Positions 19,997-28,316 of a stretch of 64,000 nt of DNA are shown piece by piece. Numbering within the stretch: position 1 is the stretch's first letter; every line of letters begins with the position of its first letter. Position numbers and translations under genes: made by a program. The DNA is taken from the sequence record PQ464590.1; one strand, 5' to 3'. The notes under the pieces are model-generated. The model was not told where the DNA came from, did no database searches, and saw only the letters and a list, made by a program, of their open reading frames with translations.

Positions 19997-21198
19997 AACT
20001 AATTATACAGTACTGAATTATTTTTTGCAAGTACTAAAAATAGTAGTAGACAATTCATTTCTATGTGATAAGATGATTCCAGATTTAAAACAATTCGATT
20101 CCAGATACTGCCAGGGAAAAAACAACCCTGACGCGGTAGGCTAGCCGCACCCCGCGATCTAGCAAAGGTAAATGCGAATCATTCCTATTTGCAAATGAGA
20201 ATCAATCTCATATGCGAACGAGTATCATTTGCAAATGCAGATGATAACCATTCTCATCTGGCTCAAAATTCGAGTCGGCTTTAGCTCGCCCTAAAGAAAG
20301 CCACCAGCAACCCTTCGTGTATCCATAGTACTGCCATAGTACTGCCATAATTCTTCAATTAATCTCAGTACTGAATGCTTAGCCAAACAGTACTGTTTAT
20401 GTTTTCCGATGGAGGTCAGAAATCTTATTAAGTGGTGAATCCAATTCACTATTCACAGTACTATAGGGATAGGTGGTCCCATGTTAATAGTACTACTATA
20501 GTGAACTGCACTTACTTAAACAACATTCGGGCAGTCATGAAGTTCACCGTGTTCATGAAAGTAGACAGTCCCTAGGCTTAGCAGTACTGGAATGATGGAA
20601 GGCACACACTTCAGTACTGAAAGCTTTCTTTTACTCTTTGACGATGTACACCAGGATATAACGTAGGAGCTTAGCTGGTGTGCCTATCTCCCTCGTAGGA
20701 CGCTATTATCACATATACGCGTGTCCACGTCAAGCTTTATTTTCAATAATGCAGTACTGAATTTTTGGGCCAGGCATGATCGAGATTTAGGATGGAGCAC
20801 CTTCCAGATTTTTGCTGGAGGGTCATTGACTTTTTTAAATTTTCAACTTTTTGCTGGAGGGTCATCGGGAATTTCCCTGAAGCCTGGTTCCCTCCTTTCT
20901 CCCCACCTCATTGTACACCCCTCTTGTAGTACTGTCAAGAAATACTTCTTGTACTCTGACGTTACAAGAAGATATAGTTGCAGGGGTGGTACAGTACTGA
21001 ATAGTACTTAAGAATGCTTTGCCGTGTTTACCTGTACTTCTGTACATATGTAATTATACCCATACATATAAAAATGTACAGTACTGTACGTATATACAAA
21101 TGTGCCTTTTACGGGGTGTTGAATCCTTTCGATAACGTTTTGTCCAGGGGGAATTTACCCCCTGTGTAAGATTACGTTCTCTTTCAGGAACTAACACC

Positions 21199-21903
21199 CT
21201 ATAGACCTGCTGCGTATCTAAGGATATGTAGTACTGTAAGTTTATCTCCCTGTGCTATTAGGGAATCTATTTTATGTTGTATCTGTATAGCTCTTTGATA
21301 CACGGGTATATAGTACTGTGTATGTGGAACTATAGTATCTAATTGGAATTGTAGTTCCTCTGGTATTTCTTTGTCGGTGATATTATACGTTTGTACTATA
21401 TCATTGAGTTCTTTATCTAGTTCTCCTTCACTGAATTGGGGATGAGATATTAGTCTGAATTTGAATTGCTGGGATTGTTGGGAATGTCTCATCCTTCTTA
21501 CTGATGAAGCTGGGATTGTGATACCTTCGTTATACAGTACTACATAGTCATTGAATGTATCTTCTACTGGATCGTATCCCATATGGATTGCGTGTACTTT
21601 ATTGTTCGAGAATACTATGAGGCACGGGACATTATTGATAGTACAGATAACATCTATTACATATGGAGCTTTTGTTCTTAGGGAGTATTTTGTTTTTCCT
21701 TGTTCTGCATATGATGTTGCTAGAAGGATTTGGACGCCGAGATATTTGGCGTACTGTTTAGTTCTTTTATCTGCGTTATAGATAATATTAGTATCTACTG
21801 ACTTTACGTTCTTTACGTACATAGGAGCTTTACCTGGAGTTGTATGTCTCCGGTTCGCATTGAAAGTACGTTGGTAATGTTTTTGTAGGTTAGATAGTTT
21901 CAT
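21199..21903 (-). CDS. hypothetical protein
   Basis: 234-aa AT-rich ORF; probable paralog of 21904..22557. Confidence 0.75.
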   Translation of the reverse strand: MKLSNLQKHYQRTFNANRRHTTPGKAPMYVKNVKSVDTNIIYNADKRTKQYAKYLGVQILLATSYAEQGKTKYSLRTKAPYVIDVICTINNVPCLIVFSNNKVHAIHMGYDPVEDTFNDYVVLYNEGITIPASSVRRMRHSQQSQQFKFRLISHPQFSEGELDKELNDIVQTYNITDKEIPEELQFQLDTIVPHTQYYIPVYQRAIQIQHKIDSLIAQGDKLTVLHILRYAAGL

Positions 21904-22557
21904 TTATTGTTCCGTGTTAGTATAGTTCAGTACTGTGCAGATGTTTAGGAGTTCTAGTACTGTGATATCTTTGTGAATGTTCCTGGCGATATGTAGGCGT
22001 AATTCGTTCGCTGAGATAAAGATGTGAGGATCGGGAAGAACGAATTCGAGTTGTGCGATTTCTTCTTCTGAGTACGGTTTATCGTCTTGAATATGTTCTT
22101 GTAGTACTGGTATTAGTTGTGTTGATTGTTCGGAGTTCCTGATGAATTTGCCGTGGCTTTGGTCATGCATAATATTAGTACTGTACGGATGTAGTTCTAT
22201 ATCGTCATCCCCGAACATATATGGGAAGTATTGTTCTTTGGTACAATGTGTGACGATGCCATACAGATCTGACTCATCGAACATAAGTACTGTTGGGGTG
22301 TTATGGATATAGATTTCCATATCGAAAGTTTCGGGCATAGTACTGGAAGTATTGAGGGCATGTTCTGATTGTTTTACGTCCACGCGGAAGATGTTTGCGT
22401 GTTTAGTTTTCTGGTACTGTTGTAGTACTTTAGTGAGTTTATCGTTCCCGAATTTCTTATGCGGCATGTAGTGGAAGTTCGAGGATGTGGTATTGAATTC
22501 TTTGCGTAATTTTTTGAAGTGCAGGTGGTAGTGCAGTGAGTGTTTAGAGAGTTTCAT
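21904..22557 (-). CDS. hypothetical protein
   Basis: 217 aa; promoter TAGACA-17-TATAAT at ~22588-22616 with a 14-bp palindrome TCACAGTACTGTGA in the spacer. Confidence 0.75.
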   Translation of the reverse strand: MKLSKHSLHYHLHFKKLRKEFNTTSSNFHYMPHKKFGNDKLTKVLQQYQKTKHANIFRVDVKQSEHALNTSSTMPETFDMEIYIHNTPTVLMFDESDLYGIVTHCTKEQYFPYMFGDDDIELHPYSTNIMHDQSHGKFIRNSEQSTQLIPVLQEHIQDDKPYSEEEIAQLEFVLPDPHIFISANELRLHIARNIHKDITVLELLNICTVLNYTNTEQ

Positions 22558-22629
22558 ATAGGATTCCTTTGGGGTTAATTTTGCATGATTATATCACAGT
22601 ACTGTGATGATGTCTAGTGGTGTTTTGGG

Positions 22630-22635
22630 TAAATA
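22630..22635 (+). promoter_or_regulatory. T4-type late-promoter-like TAAATA (also 27080-27085 and 31818-31823)
   Basis: TAAATAC(G/T)(T/G)TATATT recurs ~30 nt before the first gene of each plus-strand unit; no -35 box. Confidence 0.65.
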
Positions 22636-22667
22636 CGTTATATTCATTTTTATATGGAGATTTTTAG

Positions 22668-23531
22668 ATGATACCTTTTGCAAGAATGTTACAGTACGGA
22701 AATGTAGTTTCTGTGATTAATAACATGGGTACACGTACCTTGATAACTCCTTCACCGTCGCCTACTGCGAGATTTTCTTTTGGGTATACAACATTAGGGG
22801 ATTCTGCGTATTTGTATGGTGGTGCGGTAGTTGGTTCAGATTATAACAATGAATTTTGGAGATTTGACAGTACTACAGAGACTTGGACACAATTACAGAG
22901 TGGTTTGCTTTCTATGCATGGTTCAGGGTTAGCTGCTTACAATGGTAAGGTATATATGTTCGGTGGGAACACTGGGACAACGGTTAATAGGTTTTTCATT
23001 TATGATATTGCGAGTAATACATGGACTGAGAACACGACGAGTATAAATCCCCCGACTGCAAGGCATCATTGTCGATTTGTCAGTACAGGTAATGGGAAGT
23101 TATATTTGTGGGGAAGTTTGAATGGTTCTGAGTTATATTCGTATGACATTGCGAGTAATACGTGGGTGAAATTAGCTTCCAGTACTATTCAGAATTCATT
23201 AGCTGGGGATATGGCGACTGATGGAACTAATTTGTACTGTTCTGGGACATCTAATCAGAAATACAATATAAGTACTGGCACCTGGAGTACAATGGGTGCA
23301 TTAGAGGGTAGAATGACTTACAGTACAATAGAATCGCGTTTGTACTGTGTGAACAGTGAGCGTTTATATCAATATAGTACTGGATTAAATTCATGGGTAC
23401 AGGTTGGTGATAACAGTGCTATTGGTATTTCACGTGGGGCATTATATTCATTTGTTAGTTCATCTAAAGTACTGAGTGCATTTGGTTCAGTAGGCAGTAC
23501 TGCTAACAGTAGTCAATATAAATTTATATAA
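22668..23531 (+). CDS. Kelch-repeat beta-propeller with MIPF tag
   Basis: Repeats of YLYGG/YMFGG...YD..S.TW. Confidence 0.85.
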   Translation: MIPFARMLQYGNVVSVINNMGTRTLITPSPSPTARFSFGYTTLGDSAYLYGGAVVGSDYNNEFWRFDSTTETWTQLQSGLLSMHGSGLAAYNGKVYMFGGNTGTTVNRFFIYDIASNTWTENTTSINPPTARHHCRFVSTGNGKLYLWGSLNGSELYSYDIASNTWVKLASSTIQNSLAGDMATDGTNLYCSGTSNQKYNISTGTWSTMGALEGRMTYSTIESRLYCVNSERLYQYSTGLNSWVQVGDNSAIGISRGALYSFVSSSKVLSAFGSVGSTANSSQYKFI

Positions 23532-23541
23532 GGAAACGGAG

Positions 23542-24750
23542 ATGATACCTTTTGCAAGAATGATACAGTACGGGAATGTTGTACAAGAAAATAAGATAGT
23601 TAAGATTGATAATAATGTTGCTGCTGGGGTGTTGTTATTATCTAGTACTGGTGATTTATATGGTTTCGGTCCTAATGGTGCATATCAATTAGGGTTAGGA
23701 CATAACAATGCGGTGACTACACCGACATTATTATTCAGTGGTGTTAAGAATTTTTGGAGTGCTGGAGGTGATTCGGTACTACAGACTACGGATGATAAAT
23801 TTTATGCTGCTGGGGTTGGTAATATAATTGACGCGGCGAACACTTCCAGGCAGGTATGGACTGATATAACTTCTGTCTTTTCTGCTGTTGACATATCAGA
23901 TATTAAGAAAGTAGATATAAAGGCGAACTGTTTAGCAGTACTGACAAATTCGGGGAATTTATATTGTGCAGGATACAATGGTTATATGGCATATAATGGT
24001 ACTGCTACAGTTCGGTACGCGAACTTAACATTAGTTCGTTCTGATGTAATTGATATTAAGGGCAATTACAATTTAGGTTTATTTACATTAAGGACTAATG
24101 GTAAAATATATGGTGGGGGATATAATACATCTGCCCAGATGGGTTCAAACGGTGGTGATTCACAGAATCCTAATACAGTAGTATATTATTCTGGGATTAC
24201 AGGGTCAAGTGATTGGTCTTATGCAAATTTAGATTGTTTATACACATGTAGGACTGGTACATTTTTGAACAACGCAAAATTAGTAACTGGTTCTGATACC
24301 TCTCTAAAAATGCGTGTAAGTGGTACTGGTACTGATGGTTCCTTATCTGGGGTAACTGGTAAATGGTCGGGATTCCAGACTGCATGGGGTTCTGAAAACA
24401 TACTACAAGCTGAAAACATTTTAAAGGGATTTGATAGTAGTGCTAATACTACATCTCCATTTTTACTTACTAGTGATGGTATATGGACATGTGGTAATAA
24501 TGCATATGGTCAGCAGGGAACAGGTGACGTATCGAACAAATTAATTTATACTAGAAATAGTAAAATAGATAGTATTGTTAAAGATTATAGTAAATTAACT
24601 ATTTTTAATGCAGCATTTTATACTTCGTACTTCGTATATGATAATAAATTATACGGGACTGGTGCGTTAGGTTTTGCCAATGCTGGATCGTTAATACCTG
24701 GTCACAGTACTGGGTCTAGTGTATATGTAGAAATACCACTACCATTTTAA
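23542..24750 (+). CDS. RCC1/BLIP-II-like beta-propeller with MIPF tag
   Basis: G.LY..G.N..GQLG.G repeats. Confidence 0.8.
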   Translation: MIPFARMIQYGNVVQENKIVKIDNNVAAGVLLLSSTGDLYGFGPNGAYQLGLGHNNAVTTPTLLFSGVKNFWSAGGDSVLQTTDDKFYAAGVGNIIDAANTSRQVWTDITSVFSAVDISDIKKVDIKANCLAVLTNSGNLYCAGYNGYMAYNGTATVRYANLTLVRSDVIDIKGNYNLGLFTLRTNGKIYGGGYNTSAQMGSNGGDSQNPNTVVYYSGITGSSDWSYANLDCLYTCRTGTFLNNAKLVTGSDTSLKMRVSGTGTDGSLSGVTGKWSGFQTAWGSENILQAENILKGFDSSANTTSPFLLTSDGIWTCGNNAYGQQGTGDVSNKLIYTRNSKIDSIVKDYSKLTIFNAAFYTSYFVYDNKLYGTGALGFANAGSLIPGHSTGSSVYVEIPLPF

Positions 24751-24762
24751 GGAGAGAGAGAA

Positions 24763-25890
24763 ATGATACCGTTTGCAAGGATGATACAATACGGGAATGT
24801 TGTTACCCCAATAGAAGAATATGACAGAAGTATGCAATCTCAATATAATGCGGTATATTATTTGCATCGTAATGGGGATTTATATTCGTACGGGAATAAT
24901 AACTTAGGTCAATTGGGCGTTGGTGATGCTGCGAACCGAACTGTATGGACAAAAGTACTGCAAGATGTTAAAAAGTACTGGTTAGGTGTTCATGGATGTT
25001 TAGCAGTAAAGACCGATGGTTCATTGTGGTACACTGGTAGTGCTACTGCGTTTCCACAGTTAGGTTCAACAACATATGTGTTTATTAATGTGGACTCATA
25101 TTTTTCTGGTGTTGGAATTGATAGTGCCATGATTCGAGATGTTATGATAACAGATAGTATTAAGGTTATAACAACTGATGGAAGATTTTTATATTGTGGT
25201 TCAAACGGGTCTAGACAACTAGGTACTGGTTTAACAGCTAACGTTCCAACATTAACATTTGATCCTAATTTTACAAATATAGTATCTATGGGTGGAGCAT
25301 TTGATAACACAGTACTGATATTATCTAATGGTGAAGCATGGCAAGCGGGTGCTTATCGTAATAATACAGGCGGGAGCACGAACCGAAATCCATTTGCTAA
25401 AGTTCTTGATGGTGTAAAATATTGCGGTTCTGCATTTCAAAGTACATATTATTTCATGTTAGATGGGACAATCAAAGTTACTGGATATAATAGTTATGGT
25501 CAATTGAGTACTGGTAATACTACAAATACACCAGAGGGTTCAATGGTACAAATATCACATACGTACGATCCAAATTCGGATATTAAAATTTATACATCTT
25601 TATCTAACAATGCTGGAACATCACCAGTACTGTATCATAATGGATTATTATGGAGATGTGGGAGTAACTCAACAGGACAGGTAGGTATTGGTTCAGTTGT
25701 ATCACCACAAACACTGTTAGTTAATCCTTTAATGACAAACGTTCCTAGTGTTAAATATTTCAGTGCTGATAATATAAGATTCTTTGTTATTGATAATGAA
25801 TATAAATTATATACATGTGGGTCGGTGTCATTAAATGGTGTTCCTAATTTGGATACATTAACATACGCTGGCGTACAGCCGTGGAATTAA
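24763..25890 (+). CDS. RCC1/BLIP-II-like beta-propeller with MIPF tag
   Basis: GDLYSYGNNNLGQLGVG and related repeats. Confidence 0.8.
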   Translation: MIPFARMIQYGNVVTPIEEYDRSMQSQYNAVYYLHRNGDLYSYGNNNLGQLGVGDAANRTVWTKVLQDVKKYWLGVHGCLAVKTDGSLWYTGSATAFPQLGSTTYVFINVDSYFSGVGIDSAMIRDVMITDSIKVITTDGRFLYCGSNGSRQLGTGLTANVPTLTFDPNFTNIVSMGGAFDNTVLILSNGEAWQAGAYRNNTGGSTNRNPFAKVLDGVKYCGSAFQSTYYFMLDGTIKVTGYNSYGQLSTGNTTNTPEGSMVQISHTYDPNSDIKIYTSLSNNAGTSPVLYHNGLLWRCGSNSTGQVGIGSVVSPQTLLVNPLMTNVPSVKYFSADNIRFFVIDNEYKLYTCGSVSLNGVPNLDTLTYAGVQPWN

Positions 25891-25900
25891 GGAGAGAGAT

Positions 25901-27040
25901 ATGTTACCATTCGCAAGAATGATACAGTACGGAAATGTTGTACAGGTAAAGGATATAGTTGATATACAAGTATCCAGAACTCACGCATTAGTACTGGATA
26001 GTGATGGAAACTTATGGGGTCGTGGAACTAACACGAACAACATATTAAACCACACTGGAATGAGTAATACTAGTACTTTTGTATTAGTTGATACTGGAGT
26101 GACTGCAATGTTTTGTGGTTATATCCTTACCCTGTATGTAAAGAACGGGGTATTATATAGAATTGGTTCATCAATGACATGGGACACCGGAGCGGTTCTA
26201 GTACCGACTGCGGTTTCTATTCCATTTTCTGCTGCATCCATTAAGAAGATTCAATGCGTTACCAGTACTAGTATAATGATACTATTGAATGATGGTACTA
26301 TGTGGTACAAAGGTGCAGGTACTAACGGTAGATTTGGTAATGGCAGTACTGCATCTGTTAGTACATGGACATTAAGTACTGTTACTGATATAAAAGACAT
26401 ATATCATTGTGTATGCTTTTTAGAAGGTAGTACAGCGTTTAGTATCTTATTGAAGAATGATGGTACTGTATGGGGAGCAGGTAGTGTAGCACTGAATACT
26501 ACGTCTAATACATTTAGATTCAATTCATACTTAAGCACTGCAACGTGGTTCCAGCGTACAATACAGAGTGATATAGTTCAGATTGCGGCTGGATCAGGTA
26601 GTAGTGTTTTATTCCTGGACAGTACTGGTGTATTGCGTGGAGATGGAAATACCAATGGTGAATTAAGTGGGAATACCACGTCTGGTACGTACAATAATAC
26701 ATTAATGGCTAACGGTGTGAAGTTATTTGGTCTGAACTGGGAAAGTTCATATTATGTACAGACTGCTACGCCTACGGTATTAAATGCTGGTGGACGAAAT
26801 TATAATTTATCGTCCTCATTCACTTCACCTGGTTCGTATGTAGGTAGAGTCAGTACTGATTTATCAGAGGAGATTAAGGCAATATATACAACCAGGGGTG
26901 TTGATATTGGTTTTGGTATTACTTATATTTCATTACAGGGTAATAACGTAGTAATGGGTGGTAACAGTACTGCTTATCAGTTAGGTGTGAATACTGGGAA
27001 TATCAATTTAGTTCAAAGTAACTTACCTGGTGTAAGTTAA
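25901..27040 (+). CDS. RCC1/BLIP-II-like beta-propeller with MLPF tag
   Basis: HALVLDSDGNLWGRGTN repeats. Confidence 0.8.
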   Translation: MLPFARMIQYGNVVQVKDIVDIQVSRTHALVLDSDGNLWGRGTNTNNILNHTGMSNTSTFVLVDTGVTAMFCGYILTLYVKNGVLYRIGSSMTWDTGAVLVPTAVSIPFSAASIKKIQCVTSTSIMILLNDGTMWYKGAGTNGRFGNGSTASVSTWTLSTVTDIKDIYHCVCFLEGSTAFSILLKNDGTVWGAGSVALNTTSNTFRFNSYLSTATWFQRTIQSDIVQIAAGSGSSVLFLDSTGVLRGDGNTNGELSGNTTSGTYNNTLMANGVKLFGLNWESSYYVQTATPTVLNAGGRNYNLSSSFTSPGSYVGRVSTDLSEEIKAIYTTRGVDIGFGITYISLQGNNVVMGGNSTAYQLGVNTGNINLVQSNLPGVS

Positions 27041-27044
27041 CAGG

Positions 27045-27077
27045 ATGCCTGGTACTTTTGGGTACTGGGCATTTTTA
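27045..27077 (+). terminator. intrinsic terminator
   Basis: ATGCCTGGTAC/GTACTGGGCAT 11-bp stem plus TTTTT; near copy at 31782-31814. Confidence 0.75.
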
Positions 27078-27110
27078 ATTAAATACTGTATATTAAATGA
27101 GGGGATTTAT

Positions 27111-28304
27111 ATGATACCTTTTTCAAGGATGATAAAATACGGGAATGTTGTTGACCCTATTAGTACTGATAATATTAAACGGGTGGATGCGAATTCATCA
27201 GGAGGTATGGGAATATTGTACAACAATGGTGATTTGTGGGTTCGTGGAACTAATAACTTTGGATGTTTAGGCACTGGTAATAATTCTCCAGTTACTTCAT
27301 GGACGTTAGTTCGTTCAGGCGTAGATGACTTTTGTTTAGGTGTTACTGGAATGTTGGTAAAGAGTTCCGATGGTAAATTATTATATAATGGGCGTGACTC
27401 AATTTTGAATAATAATACAACATTTTTACAATTTGCTGATTACACCGCACAATTTACGCCATCTGGTTTTTCGGTTCATAATATTAAGCAGATGCAGGTA
27501 GGACAATATAGTGTATTAATACTAATGAATAATGGGGTATTATTGGCATTTGGAAGAAATAACTCAGGAGAATTCGGTGACGGGTCATCTAGTAGTACTT
27601 CAGGGTTGGCAATCCGACAGGTAGCGGCTAATGTTGATAAAATCCAATTATACAATTTAAATTCTGGATATTTAAGTGATGGAAAATTCTATCGTGCTGG
27701 ATATAATGCTAACTATGCGTTAGGTAATGGAACTACTAGTGATATACGGACTTTTCAGGTATATAATCCACCAAGTGGTGAAAGTGCAATTATAGATTTC
27801 AACATAACAAATTACGGTACACGATTATTAACCTTATCAAGTACTTCAGGATATAACATGTATCAGTGTGGTATTAACACGAGTTATCATTTAGGGGTAA
27901 ACAGTACTACTGCTACTTTTGTTATTCCAACATTTAGTACTATGCAATCTATATTGCCATCATCAAATATAGAGTCGCACGCACTTAATATAAAGGGTCA
28001 AGTTAGTTTAGGGGATTTAATATTGCCTAAACAGAATCCTAATTCTTATTTCTGGGTTAGTGGTGATAATAGAAATGGTGCATTTGGTACGGGTGATACG
28101 GCTAACATTTCTGCGTTGTCAATGATTGGTGGTAAAGGTTTACCTAATAATATTGATTATAGTTCTGAATATGTACATGTAGTTTCTTGTTCATTTAATT
28201 CTAATTTTATACTCATGAACAATACCATTTATGGGTGCGGGGTGAACTCTGGATTCGGTTTAAATAGTACAACGTTTGTTAGTTTAGGAACATATCCAAC
28301 TTAG
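27111..28304 (+). CDS. RCC1/BLIP-II-like beta-propeller with MIPF tag
   Basis: Start reassigned to MIPFSRM after GAGGGG RBS; RCC1-like repeats. Confidence 0.8.
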   Translation: MIPFSRMIKYGNVVDPISTDNIKRVDANSSGGMGILYNNGDLWVRGTNNFGCLGTGNNSPVTSWTLVRSGVDDFCLGVTGMLVKSSDGKLLYNGRDSILNNNTTFLQFADYTAQFTPSGFSVHNIKQMQVGQYSVLILMNNGVLLAFGRNNSGEFGDGSSSSTSGLAIRQVAANVDKIQLYNLNSGYLSDGKFYRAGYNANYALGNGTTSDIRTFQVYNPPSGESAIIDFNITNYGTRLLTLSSTSGYNMYQCGINTSYHLGVNSTTATFVIPTFSTMQSILPSSNIESHALNIKGQVSLGDLILPKQNPNSYFWVSGDNRNGAFGTGDTANISALSMIGGKGLPNNIDYSSEYVHVVSCSFNSNFILMNNTIYGCGVNSGFGLNSTTFVSLGTYPT

Positions 28305-28316
28305 GAGAATAAAAAA

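Larger units (their letters stand above)
19380..20260. promoter_or_regulatory. cluster of about six Fur-box-like sites
   Basis: AATGATTATCATTCTCATT 19381-19399; ATGATAATCATTCTCATT 19706-19723; AAATGATTCTCATTCTCATTT 19918-19938; three more at ~20170-20258. Confidence 0.7.
389..20308 (-). other. 11 co-oriented Chi octamers (GCTGGTGG on minus strand)
   Basis: CCACCAGC on plus at 389, 959, 1538, 4047, 5484, 8339, 12015, 12571, 16920, 17284, 20301. Confidence 0.85.

Noticed and set aside
925-20030. Repeats as a CRISPR array
   Set aside because: Copies are dispersed kilobases apart in both orientations, with no regular repeat-spacer periodicity and no cas genes.
925-20030. CCCACAGGGTG element as a CsrB/RsmZ-type CsrA sponge
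   Set aside because: It resembles CAGGAUG, but the hairpin loop is ACA and not GGA, and GGA (in GCGGAA) is missing from three copies. Kept only as a testable hypothesis.
20811-20866. GCTGGAGG x2 as Chi sites
   Set aside because: One mismatch to Chi; recorded only as a direct repeat.
19200-21200. Replication origin with DnaA boxes
   Set aside because: I found no TTATCCACA-type boxes or clear iteron array by eye.
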